Shown in pieces: positions 17,189 through 25,328 of a stretch of DNA of 59,357 bases (its first letter is position 1; each line of letters begins with the position of its first letter). The notes under the pieces were generated by a model, which did not search any database, was not told the origin of the DNA, and saw only the letters and a list, made by a program, of their open reading frames with translations. Position numbers and translations under genes: made by a program. The stretch is taken from the IMG/VR virus record IMGVR_UViG_3300005836_000010; one strand, given 5' to 3'. The DNA is from a virus.

Positions 17189-18582
17189 CACGAAAAGTCC
17201 TCTCGCTCTTCCACGGCGCTGAAGTCGCTGTCTTGTGGCAGTTGCGCGCGCGGGTCGTAGGGAATCCCGATCTTGCTCTTGGGCTTGACCGAGGGCTTGG
17301 GGTCGCTGCGCGAGATCTCTTCCTGCAGCGCAGCCCACTGGCGCGGGCCAATGATCGATGGTTGCGGCTCGGGCGCCGGCTGACCTTTCTTCTTGCGCTT
17401 GGGCGGGGCCTTGGGTGCGAGTCGATCCTCCACCTGCGTGGGGCTGATCAGCTTCATGTTGTAGGCGTGCTCCATCGGCACGCGGAACTGCTCGCGCAGG
17501 ATCTTCTCGGCCTTCTCCGGATCCTTCCACTTGCGCATGCCCTTGCGGCCAAGCTCGAGCCCGAACAGATCGGAGTGCCCACCGTTGAGCAGGTGCGCTT
17601 CCATCGTGGCACGCACGGCGCGGATGAAATCCTCCATCTGGTCGCACGCTGCCATCGCAGCGTCGAGCTTCGGGCCGGGTACCGGTATCCACGACTTGAT
17701 CTCGTCGACCGATGCATCAGCGACGATCCCGAACTCGTTGCCCAGCACCTCTTCCATCCGGGCTTGCGTGGTCGGGCAGATGCCTTGCGCCTTGCAGAAC
17801 TCGCAGCTGGACTCGGTGGGCTGTTGGTTCAGGTACTTGTCGCACCACGCTTCGAACTCATCCCCGTTGCTGCACGCTGCCAGGGCGCGCTCGGCTTCGA
17901 TCGTGCGGTGTGCCGCGGGCTTCAACACTTCCTCGGCCCAGCGGTACAACTCCTTGGGCGTGGTGTCCCACGTCAGGCCACCCTTGCGCAGCTGTGGTTG
18001 ATGGATGCCCAGGCGCACCTTGCGGATGTCGTGCGACATCTCCAGCTTGGCCAGCATGCCCAGCGCATAGACCTTCAGCTGCGAGTTCTCCTCGGCGCCC
18101 ACTGGCATGTAGCCGAACTTCGCATCGCGCACGTCAAGCATGAACTCGCGGCCATCGTAGGTGGCGAAGTCCATCGTCCCGAACTGATCCGGTACGTCGA
18201 TGTACTGGCTGAACTTCACCCGCTGCTCGACCCACATCTCCTGGCCGATCGCCAGGAACCGCACCTCGTCGACGTACTGCTGCGTCTTCTCGGCGCGCTC
18301 TTCCGTGAACTCGAGCAACCGCTCCTCTTCGATCGGGCCATTGACCTTGAAGTCCTTGCCGATCCAGTGCGAGGCCGGGCGATGCTCGGTGAGGCACAGC
18401 GCCGCGACGATGTGGCAGCAGGTGCCGTCGTCGGCTGCGGCCGACGTCTTGCTGGGCACGTGCTGCTCCAGCGCGATCGAGCCCGAGCAGGAGAGCCACT
18501 TCTTGCTGCCACTGGGACTGAGCTTCGCGTGCTGCGTGTAGTCCTGCTGGACCTTGGCGATTGGAATGATGGTGCTCACCAC
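17188..18582 (-). CDS. DUF2800-type PD-(D/E)XK (Cas4-like) exonuclease
   Basis: 464 aa; N-terminal SPSGSKKWLSCSGS, D...DAKFG core, C-terminal Cys cluster CEFCKAQGICP. Confidence 0.7.
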   Translation of the reverse strand: MVSTIIPIAKVQQDYTQHAKLSPSGSKKWLSCSGSIALEQHVPSKTSAAADDGTCCHIVAALCLTEHRPASHWIGKDFKVNGPIEEERLLEFTEERAEKTQQYVDEVRFLAIGQEMWVEQRVKFSQYIDVPDQFGTMDFATYDGREFMLDVRDAKFGYMPVGAEENSQLKVYALGMLAKLEMSHDIRKVRLGIHQPQLRKGGLTWDTTPKELYRWAEEVLKPAAHRTIEAERALAACSNGDEFEAWCDKYLNQQPTESSCEFCKAQGICPTTQARMEEVLGNEFGIVADASVDEIKSWIPVPGPKLDAAMAACDQMEDFIRAVRATMEAHLLNGGHSDLFGLELGRKGMRKWKDPEKAEKILREQFRVPMEHAYNMKLISPTQVEDRLAPKAPPKRKKKGQPAPEPQPSIIGPRQWAALQEEISRSDPKPSVKPKSKIGIPYDPRAQLPQDSDFSAVEEREDFS

Positions 18583-18741
18583 TTGCGTCTCAATTTGATC
18601 TTGTTGGTGTGGCTGGCCAGGGAGTAGATGAAGGTTTCAACCGACATCCATGTTCCCCCTAGCCAGCGCGGACTCGACCACCACCTCAGATTCTTCAAGG
18701 CGGCGGCGATCGGTGTCAGCGTTGCGCTGACTCGATCTGGT

Positions 18742-19170
18742 TCAGCCAAGCGGTTCCTCGGCGATGATCTTCTTGAGCAGGTCCTCGGCCTTGTCGAAGT
18801 CCTCGGCCTTGATGAACGGGCCTTTGACCTTGGTGTTGTCCGCCGGATCGAAGGCCTTCAACTCGGTCAGCATCTTCTTGACCGCCGGGCCCTTGCCGGC
18901 GTCGACTGCGTCGTTGATCAGCTTGGCGAGATTCGTGTCCTTGTACTCACGCGCCTTCGGCTTGGCCGGCTCGGATGGCGCAGTAGCAGGCGAAGGGGCA
19001 CCGGTCTCGGGGGCAGAGCCGGTGGTCGAAGACGCAGAGGGGTCTTTGCCCTTCGTCGGCTTTGGGGCCTGGAGGCCTTCCGCCTTGGCGACGAACGCTG
19101 TGAGTTCGGCCAACGTGGCGAACTCGAGGGTGAGTTTCACAGTCATGTGCATATCCTCGTGGTTGGACAA
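18742..19170 (-). CDS. Hypothetical protein with a Pro/Ala/Ser-rich linker
   Basis: 142-aa ORF; start ambiguous (MSNHEDMHMTVK); weak hairpin 18715-18731 downstream. Confidence 0.5.
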   Translation of the reverse strand: MSNHEDMHMTVKLTLEFATLAELTAFVAKAEGLQAPKPTKGKDPSASSTTGSAPETGAPSPATAPSEPAKPKAREYKDTNLAKLINDAVDAGKGPAVKKMLTELKAFDPADNTKVKGPFIKAEDFDKAEDLLKKIIAEEPLG

Positions 19171-19226
19171 AAAGAAGAGCGAGTTCTCACCCGCTCAGCA
19201 AATGTAGCATACGCTACGTGGAACTG

Positions 19227-19451
19227 TCAAGAACTTTTTTGTGCCAACGAACGGACTTTCTCTTCCAGATCCTTGACCCACACCGGCCACTCGCGTGGCT
19301 CGAGTGTGCCGTAGGCGCGATCGATCATCTGCTGCACTTCAGCCATCTCGTTGGCTTCCCACACCACGTGCAGCCGGGGCTTGTCCTCGGGCGAGCGGTG
19401 GTGCTTGGCGCGCAGTTCTTCGGGTGTGTCCCAGGTCACGTCGGCTTGCAT
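19227..19451 (-). CDS. Hypothetical protein
   Basis: 74 aa from ATG 19451, 1 nt after the upstream stop at 19453-19455. Confidence 0.5.
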   Translation of the reverse strand: MQADVTWDTPEELRAKHHRSPEDKPRLHVVWEANEMAEVQQMIDRAYGTLEPREWPVWVKDLEEKVRSLAQKSS

Positions 19452-19452
19452 G

Positions 19453-19653
19453 TCATTCCCTCCAGCGGTAGACCCGATCGCCTGTGTCGAACTCATCGCA
19501 GGTGATGAACAGAGTGCCAGTCGTGACATGAGGGAACAGGCCACCTTCCACAGGGACACCTGCTTCCTTCAACTTGATCATCACCCAGTTAGCGATGTGC
19601 ACGTCGTGCGCGAGTTCCCGCAGTTTCGCGGCGGTGAGACGGACTTCAACCAT
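19453..19653 (-). CDS. Hypothetical protein
   Basis: 66-aa ORF overlapping the DUF4406 gene's 3' end by 8 nt. Confidence 0.5.
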   Translation of the reverse strand: MVEVRLTAAKLRELAHDVHIANWVMIKLKEAGVPVEGGLFPHVTTGTLFITCDEFDTGDRVYRWRE

Positions 19654-19963
19654 GGTCGGTTGTCCGGAAGAAGTCGTTCCACGTGATGATCTTGATGCCG
19701 ACGCGATGCGCGACGTGCATCTCGAGGTGAGCGCCAGACGACACTTCCCACCCAGGCAGCATCATGATCGTGTCGCAGTCGAGCAGCATGCGCAGGTCAG
19801 CCTTCAGGCATTCCTGCCATGGCGTGCCGACGTCCGGGTTGATGTCGACCGGGTTCACCACCTCGAAGCTCAGGCTGCGCAGCTTCGCGGCGCAAGCGTT
19901 GAACAGAGGGAAGTTGTGGTCGGGCATCCCCGACATCGCTCCACTGATGTAGATGCGCTTCAT
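19646..19963 (-). CDS. DUF4406 (nucleoside 2-deoxyribosyltransferase-like fold) protein
   Basis: MKRIYISGAMSGMPDHNFPLF...VVNP...CDTIMMLPGWEVSSGA..E matches the DUF4406 pattern as recalled. Confidence 0.65.
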   Translation of the reverse strand: MKRIYISGAMSGMPDHNFPLFNACAAKLRSLSFEVVNPVDINPDVGTPWQECLKADLRMLLDCDTIMMLPGWEVSSGAHLEMHVAHRVGIKIITWNDFFRTTDHG

Positions 19964-19964
19964 A

Positions 19965-20390
19965 TCAGTAGGCCTTCCCACCCTCGGCGTTGCGCGCCTC
20001 GGGCTTGTGATCTTCACGCACCTTGTTGTACGCCATCTTCTCTTCGATGGCGCCGCCCAGGTCCAGCTGCAACGCGCCGGCCAGATCACCGATGCGGATG
20101 ATGGCATCGGCCAACTCCACCTCGATCGACTTGCGGTGCGGTAAGTGGTCGTCCATCTTGTTCTTGCGGTGGCCTTCGAGCGCCTCGCTGATCTCGCTGT
20201 GGACCAACGCGAGTTTCTCGGCGACGAGCGCCTTGCCGAAACGCGTGCCGGCACGAGCTTCCTGAAGGTAGAGCGGACCGTTGTCGGTGTATCCCGCAAC
20301 GAACTTCGGGGCCCACCACCCAGCATCGAACGATGCTTTGTGGCAAACGTCTTGGATGATGTTGCCTGCTTCTCTGACGAGAGTCGTCAT
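19965..20390 (-). CDS. MazG-like nucleotide pyrophosphohydrolase
   Basis: LVHSEISEALEG...EVELADAIIRIGDLA...KMAYNKVR: EExxE/D-type all-alpha NTP-PPase pattern; ATGA overlap upstream. Confidence 0.65.
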   Translation of the reverse strand: MTTLVREAGNIIQDVCHKASFDAGWWAPKFVAGYTDNGPLYLQEARAGTRFGKALVAEKLALVHSEISEALEGHRKNKMDDHLPHRKSIEVELADAIIRIGDLAGALQLDLGGAIEEKMAYNKVREDHKPEARNAEGGKAY

Positions 20391-20818
20391 GGTGTGTCCT
20401 CGATGGTCCAGTGCTTGGGTTGGGGATTGATGCCCGCGTACTTGTCGATGAGCATCGCGGCGTGGGCGTTGAGTTCCGCCATGTCGGTGGGCGCACGGGG
20501 TGGCCGATCGTCGACCCAGTTTCCCTGCAGTATGGAATCGCGCAGCACTACGAGACTGGCGATTCCCTTGTCGATATGGTGCAGGCTGCTGTCGGCATCG
20601 ATGTCCTCGCCTTCCCACCAACTGCCGATGTGACGCTGCGTTGCATCGAAGTAGACCGACGCGCGCACACCGACACCGCGGTAGTTGTGCCGGCCGTACT
20701 TGCACGCACCTTCGAGCATGGCGAGACCGACGCGCCACAGCACGCGCCACGGCAGTGCGGACATCGGCGACTTGCGAGTGCCGATCGCGTCCTTCGGGTT
20801 GCTGTCCTTGGTACTCAC
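20387..20818 (-). CDS. dATP/dGTP diphosphohydrolase N-terminal-domain-like protein
   Basis: KDAIGTRKSPMSALPWRVLWRVGLAMLEGACKYGRHNY...ATQRH...GE..D resembles the dGTP_diPhyd_N family as recalled. Confidence 0.55.
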   Translation of the reverse strand: MSTKDSNPKDAIGTRKSPMSALPWRVLWRVGLAMLEGACKYGRHNYRGVGVRASVYFDATQRHIGSWWEGEDIDADSSLHHIDKGIASLVVLRDSILQGNWVDDRPPRAPTDMAELNAHAAMLIDKYAGINPQPKHWTIEDTP

Positions 20819-20924
20819 GAGATCTCCGGGCGAGGAAGAAAGGTGGGTCGTGCGCCGTTACTGCGACACCCCGGCGTGAAAGGAGGCCGGAACCGCTGGC
20901 CATGCCAGCGCACTTCCCATTGAA

Positions 20925-21698
20925 CTAGATGCGACAGTCCCTCTTGCTGTTGAAGGCCAGCACCGGCGTCATGGTGTACAGGCCTGCGATCGCCGGCTTG
21001 ACGTTGGACTTCACCGGCACGATGACACCGCGATCGGCGGACTCGGGCTCTTCCATGGCCATGCAACCGTAGACATCAGAGGGCCGCACGTAGCTGCATC
21101 GCTTCGCGATCTCGTCGGACGACACGGTGTTGATGTTCTTGTTCTGCGGAGCAACGACGCGCGGCTTGCCGAACAGCGCGTCGAACAACTCGTCGGCCAG
21201 CGGATTGTCGATGGGCGACTCGACGATGTCGGCCCGTGCGATCTGCAGTATGGCCTGCACTGCCGTCATGTCGGCATCCGGCGCAGCCAGATCGACGCCG
21301 ATCTTCTGCATGACGAACATCCTGGGTGGGACGCCCATCGCTCGGCGCAACTCCTCGAACGCTTTCTGCTGCTGCTGCTGCTGCTTCATCAGCAAGTTCA
21401 TGCCCGACGCAGTGAGGTTCTTCTCGTCTTGCTCGCGCTGCCGGTGACGCGCCATGAAACCGCTGGCGTGGATCTGGCTGATCCCTTCTTGCCACTTCGT
21501 GAGTTCGCGAACGCGGATGTCGGTCGGGGCGTAGTCACCCAGACGATGGGTGGAAACCGGTGTCTCACGATCACCGATGCACTTGGTGACGAGGATGTCT
21601 CCAGCCCGCAAGTTGAAGCACTCCCGCTCGAGAACATCGTGCGGTTCGAGTTCCCACGCAGTCTGATGCCTGAGTGTAGGACGCTTGACCATCTTCAT
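20925..21698 (-). CDS. Hypothetical protein with a Gln6 tract
   Basis: 257 aa from ATG 21698 (ATGA overlap with the Cro-like gene's stop); (ctg)6 at 21366-21383. Confidence 0.6.
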   Translation of the reverse strand: MKMVKRPTLRHQTAWELEPHDVLERECFNLRAGDILVTKCIGDRETPVSTHRLGDYAPTDIRVRELTKWQEGISQIHASGFMARHRQREQDEKNLTASGMNLLMKQQQQQQKAFEELRRAMGVPPRMFVMQKIGVDLAAPDADMTAVQAILQIARADIVESPIDNPLADELFDALFGKPRVVAPQNKNINTVSSDEIAKRCSYVRPSDVYGCMAMEEPESADRGVIVPVKSNVKPAIAGLYTMTPVLAFNSKRDCRI

Positions 21699-21922
21699 GA
21701 CTTCCTCGCTTTCTTTGCCAACTCGCAGCCACCGCAGGCTGCGCACAGGGACTCGCGCTGGATGGGGATGCCCATCCGCAAGGCGGCGCGCTCGATCTTG
21801 ATTGCCATCTCCGCAGAGGCGCCGCGGTGGCCCGATGCGATGTGCCGCAGTGCGTCGCGGTTCATCTTCATCTTGTCGGCCAGAGTGTTGCGCACCTTCG
21901 GAGAGAGTTCGTTTAGCTTCAT
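21695..21922 (-). CDS. Cro/YdaS-like HTH transcriptional regulator
   Basis: 75 aa; LADKMKMNRDALRHIASGHRGASAEMAIKIERA HTH; first gene of the leftward module, next to an inverted-repeat operator. Confidence 0.7.
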   Translation of the reverse strand: MKLNELSPKVRNTLADKMKMNRDALRHIASGHRGASAEMAIKIERAALRMGIPIQRESLCAACGGCELAKKARKS

Positions 21923-21935
21923 GACGATCGGGGTT

Positions 21936-21969
21936 GTACCAGTTGACCAGATGTCGTGTCAAGTGGTAC
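21936..21969. promoter_or_regulatory. Candidate operator in the divergent promoter region
   Basis: gtaccagttgac-N10-gtcaagtggtac (12-bp arms, 1 mismatch) overlapping a possible TTGACC-N18-TACGCT rightward promoter. Confidence 0.55.
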
Positions 21970-22002
21970 GCTGCGATTTCCAACTACCAAGGGGTTTCTA
22001 CC

Positions 22003-22245
22003 ATGGGAAATATTCTTGACGACATCATCGCCTTTATTCTCGGGGGCGCCTGCGTCTTCAGCATCATGACAATGAACGCTGACCGAGCCCGGGTCGATGC
22101 CTTGATCAAGAAGATCGAGATCCCTGTCGTGGCGCCCCTGCCCTTGCCTGTCCCCGCGGCCAAACTCCCGCAGTTCAACATCGTATGCCAAGCAGCAGGT
22201 CCGCAGACGATGGCCTGCGTCGCGACGCCCGAGGAGTCCAAGTGA
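22003..22245 (+). CDS. Small membrane protein
   Basis: ATG 22003 gives MGNILDDIIAFILGGACVFSIM... (80 aa); the track start 21934 would lie in the operator region. Confidence 0.5.
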   Translation: MGNILDDIIAFILGGACVFSIMTMNADRARVDALIKKIEIPVVAPLPLPVPAAKLPQFNIVCQAAGPQTMACVATPEESK

Positions 22246-22436
22246 AGGACTTCCTCTATTACTGGGTGCGCGGTTTCGCGGTGTGCCTGGGGGCCGCGCT
22301 CTTCGCCGACATCGTCGAGGTCGTCATGGACGCGGACGTTCTCGAGTTGTGGGCGCAAGCACTGTTCGTGGTAGGGGTGCCGGCGGTCTCTGCCGTGGCA
22401 TGCATGGCAATGGAGGCTATCTTCGACCACATGTAA
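22242..22436 (+). CDS. Small two-TMD membrane protein
   Basis: GTG 22242 overlaps the upstream stop (GTGA); 64 aa, hydrophobic. Confidence 0.45.
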   Translation: MKDFLYYWVRGFAVCLGAALFADIVEVVMDADVLELWAQALFVVGVPAVSAVACMAMEAIFDHM

Positions 22437-22493
22437 CCGGAGCGCCCACGCTACAGTACGTGCCCCGTCCACCTCTCTCGACCCACTACACGC

Positions 22494-25259
22494 ATGTCAG
22501 ACGACAGTGGCGTTGCCGCCCTCGCCGCAGCCCTTCAGCCCCTGGTCTCGCGCGTCCGTACCGATGTCACTGCGGTCAAGAAACCGACCGGTGAGCAGGC
22601 ATGGACTCGTCAGCCACTCACTCCCGAGAGGCTGGCCCGCCACCTGAACGGGGGTCCACCCCGTGGTGTCGCCCCCCTCAAGCCGGGTGAGGACGTAACC
22701 CTGGTCGCGATGCTCGACTTCGACAGCCACGGCGGTGAGGTCTCGTGGCTCGAGATGAGCCGAGTGGTGCACCGGGTCTCCGAGCATCTGGAACTGTTGG
22801 GCTACGACAGCACGATCTGGCGATCGAGCGGTGGTCGCGGTGTCCACCTGTACCTTTTGTGGGACATCCCCCAACCGGCGCGTGCAGTGCGCGCGTTCCT
22901 CACCGACTCGCTGCGTGCGCTGGGCCTGAAGAACGGCACCCGCGGAGTGGGCGAGAACACCGTCGAGATCTTCCCCAAGCAGGACAAGGTTCCGGTCGGT
23001 GGGTTCGGCAATCAATTCATCCTGCCTTTCGCGAACAAGTCCGAACTGCTGCGCTGGGAGGACATGCTCGATGAGTACGTCCCGGTGCCTCGGAGCAAGG
23101 TTGCGGCGGCATCGTGGGTCTGTTCGCCACCAGTACCCACACGTGATGATTCCGGCAGCACGATGCCGCCGCCAGTCGATGCTAACACCGGCGAAGTGGT
23201 GTGGCGGGCAGCGCTCGATGCCATCCCTAATTCAGCAGCCAACGATCTGGACTACGACGCTTGGCGCAACGTCATCTTCGCCATCCACCACGAGACAGGA
23301 GGCTCGGAGTCCGGCCGCGCGATCGCGCACGAGTTCAGCAAGCGCTCGCCCAAGTACGACGCGGAGTTCCTAGACAACCGGGTGTGGCCCTACATCACCA
23401 GCGAACGCGGGGGTCATGTCGTCACCGGTCGGACGCTGATGTCGATAGCATCTCGGTACGGTTGGTTCGTGCCGATCGAGGACGAGTTCACTGCCATCCC
23501 TGACCCGGATTCCGATCATGACCCCGACGATACTGCTGATCAAAGCGATCCTGTTCCTGGCGTCGTTGCTGCTGTGGGCAGCGGTAGCAGTGATGTGGTT
23601 GCTGGAAGTAGCGGATCTAGTGGCGCGCGCGTTGGTCAGATTCCTCAAGCGCAAGGGATCACAAGCGATCAAGCCAACGCCAATCGTCTGGCCCGAGCCT
23701 ATGGACGAAAGCTCTTTGCATCAGCTGGAAGATGGTATGCCTACGATGGGCGACGCTGGGCACCAGACGAATCGCCCGCCTACATCTTCGGGTGCAACCT
23801 TGGGCGATTGATCAGCGAAGAGGCTGCGGAGCGCGAGCGTGCGGCTGATGTACTTCAGGCGGCGGTGGACGAGAAGATCACCGAGAGTTTGAACATCCAC
23901 AGCCAGATGGAAGCGCTCGACAAGAACGATGCGCGCCGCTCCGAGTTGAACCAGAAGTCCGTTGACGCGATGCCTTCCCCAGAAGAGCGCGAGGCTGTCG
24001 TTCTCGAGTATCAGGTGGCAGAGAAACTGCACAAGTGGGCAGCGAAGTCTGAGATGAAGGGCACGATCGAGGCAGCGCTCACACTGCTGCGCAAGATCGT
24101 GACGTTGGATCCTGATGCGCTCGACGCTGACCCGATGTTGTTCAACTGCATGAACGGTACGATCGACCTGATGTCGGGTGACCTGCGACCACACCGCGCG
24201 AAGGACTACCTCACGAAGCTGTCTCCGGTGGAATTCAAGGACGTCGAGAACTTCGACTGCTCCGACTGGGAGAACATCGTCGCCGCGATCACAGGCGAGG
24301 ATGCGCTGGCGTGGGGTGACCGGCACATCGCAAAATTCCTGCAGCGCTGGTTCGGCTACTGCGCCACTGCCTCGATCAAGGAGCAGGTGCTGGTCGTGCA
24401 CTGGGGCACAGGCCGCAATGGCAAGTCCACCATCCTCGAGACCGTGATGACTGTGCTCGGTGGGTACGCCAGCACCGCGGCGCCGGGCCTGCTCACCAAC
24501 GATGGCAAGGGATTCGATCGGCACCCCACCGAGGTGGCGTCGCTGCTCGGTAGCCGCATGGTGGTGGCGCACGAGAGCGAGGACGGCGCCGCGCTGCGCG
24601 AGGGCTTCGTCAAGCAGGCCACCGGTGGCGATCGGCTCAAGGGCCGGTACATGCGCGAGGACTTCTTCGAGTTCATGCCCAAGCACAAGCTGCAGCTACT
24701 CACCAACCACAAGCCCCAGATCAAGGGCACCGACCCAGGCATCTGGCGCCGCGTGATTCTCGTGCCCTACACCCAATCGTTCGGGACACACGAGCAGTTC
24801 GAAGCCGGCATGGTCACGCACGTGGCCGACAAGAACCTGGGCGAATCGATCAAGCGAGATCCCCACATGCTCCAGCAGGTGCTGGTGTGGATCGTGCGCG
24901 GTGCTATGGAGTGGGCGCAGCGCGGGCTCGGTGCGCCTGACTCTGTCCTGGCTGCATCGCGCAGCTATCAGGAAGAGCAGGATCGCGTCGGTCAGTTCGT
25001 GCGCGAGTGCTGCGAGGTGGCGCCGCCTGACCAGCGCTCGGTCTGGATGGAACCGCTCACGCAAGGGATGTCGGGCCTGTACCCGGCGTACCAGTCATGG
25101 GCCAAAGACAGCGGGCTGCACCCGCTGGGCCGGCAGAAATTCATCGAGTCTCTGCGTTCGACCGTCCCTGGTTGCGAGATCAAGGAAGGCCATACAACCG
25201 GCGAGCGGCGCCGCAAGATCACGAAGGTGTTCGGTATCCGCTTGCTGCAGGAGGAATGA
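22494..25259 (+). CDS. Primase-polymerase / PriCT-2 / D5_N / P4-type helicase fusion (replicative primase-helicase)
   Basis: Prim-pol motifs MLDFDSHGG and GGRGVHLYL; Walker A GTGRNGKST; 921 aa. Confidence 0.88.
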   Translation: MSDDSGVAALAAALQPLVSRVRTDVTAVKKPTGEQAWTRQPLTPERLARHLNGGPPRGVAPLKPGEDVTLVAMLDFDSHGGEVSWLEMSRVVHRVSEHLELLGYDSTIWRSSGGRGVHLYLLWDIPQPARAVRAFLTDSLRALGLKNGTRGVGENTVEIFPKQDKVPVGGFGNQFILPFANKSELLRWEDMLDEYVPVPRSKVAAASWVCSPPVPTRDDSGSTMPPPVDANTGEVVWRAALDAIPNSAANDLDYDAWRNVIFAIHHETGGSESGRAIAHEFSKRSPKYDAEFLDNRVWPYITSERGGHVVTGRTLMSIASRYGWFVPIEDEFTAIPDPDSDHDPDDTADQSDPVPGVVAAVGSGSSDVVAGSSGSSGARVGQIPQAQGITSDQANANRLARAYGRKLFASAGRWYAYDGRRWAPDESPAYIFGCNLGRLISEEAAERERAADVLQAAVDEKITESLNIHSQMEALDKNDARRSELNQKSVDAMPSPEEREAVVLEYQVAEKLHKWAAKSEMKGTIEAALTLLRKIVTLDPDALDADPMLFNCMNGTIDLMSGDLRPHRAKDYLTKLSPVEFKDVENFDCSDWENIVAAITGEDALAWGDRHIAKFLQRWFGYCATASIKEQVLVVHWGTGRNGKSTILETVMTVLGGYASTAAPGLLTNDGKGFDRHPTEVASLLGSRMVVAHESEDGAALREGFVKQATGGDRLKGRYMREDFFEFMPKHKLQLLTNHKPQIKGTDPGIWRRVILVPYTQSFGTHEQFEAGMVTHVADKNLGESIKRDPHMLQQVLVWIVRGAMEWAQRGLGAPDSVLAASRSYQEEQDRVGQFVRECCEVAPPDQRSVWMEPLTQGMSGLYPAYQSWAKDSGLHPLGRQKFIESLRSTVPGCEIKEGHTTGERRRKITKVFGIRLLQEE

Positions 25260-25260
25260 T

Positions 25261-25322
25261 GTTTCGGAATTCCAAGTCTTCTAGCCGATCCTCACGCTCG
25301 GCTAGCTGTAGTTTCGGAATTC
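25261..25322. terminator. Hairpin flanked by 12-nt direct repeats between convergent genes (possible bidirectional terminator)
   Basis: gtttcggaattc at 25261-25272 and 25311-25322; stem ctagccga/tcggctag at 25281-25305; no clear U-run. Confidence 0.5.
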
Positions 25323-25328
25323 AATGAA

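Noticed and set aside
16850-17692. The 280-aa ORF, and similar long 5' extensions at 5402..6481, 6127..7041, 19646..20326, 19965..20903 and 20925..21983
   Set aside because: The extensions overlap the upstream genes out of frame and are Arg/Pro-rich. In each case an internal ATG or GTG coincides exactly with the upstream stop (ATGA/GTGA/TGATG), giving compact products with recognisable domains.
19646-20818. Z-genome (2-aminoadenine) pathway
   Set aside because: dATP/dGTP-ase-like and MazG-like genes are present, but no PurZ (adenylosuccinate-synthetase-like) ORF or HD-type DatZ is visible anywhere in the 59 kb.
21695-21922. Temperate lifestyle / prophage
   Set aside because: Only a Cro-like HTH is present. 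No integrase, excisionase, CI-type repressor, attP-like tRNA fragment or partition genes were found in any frame.
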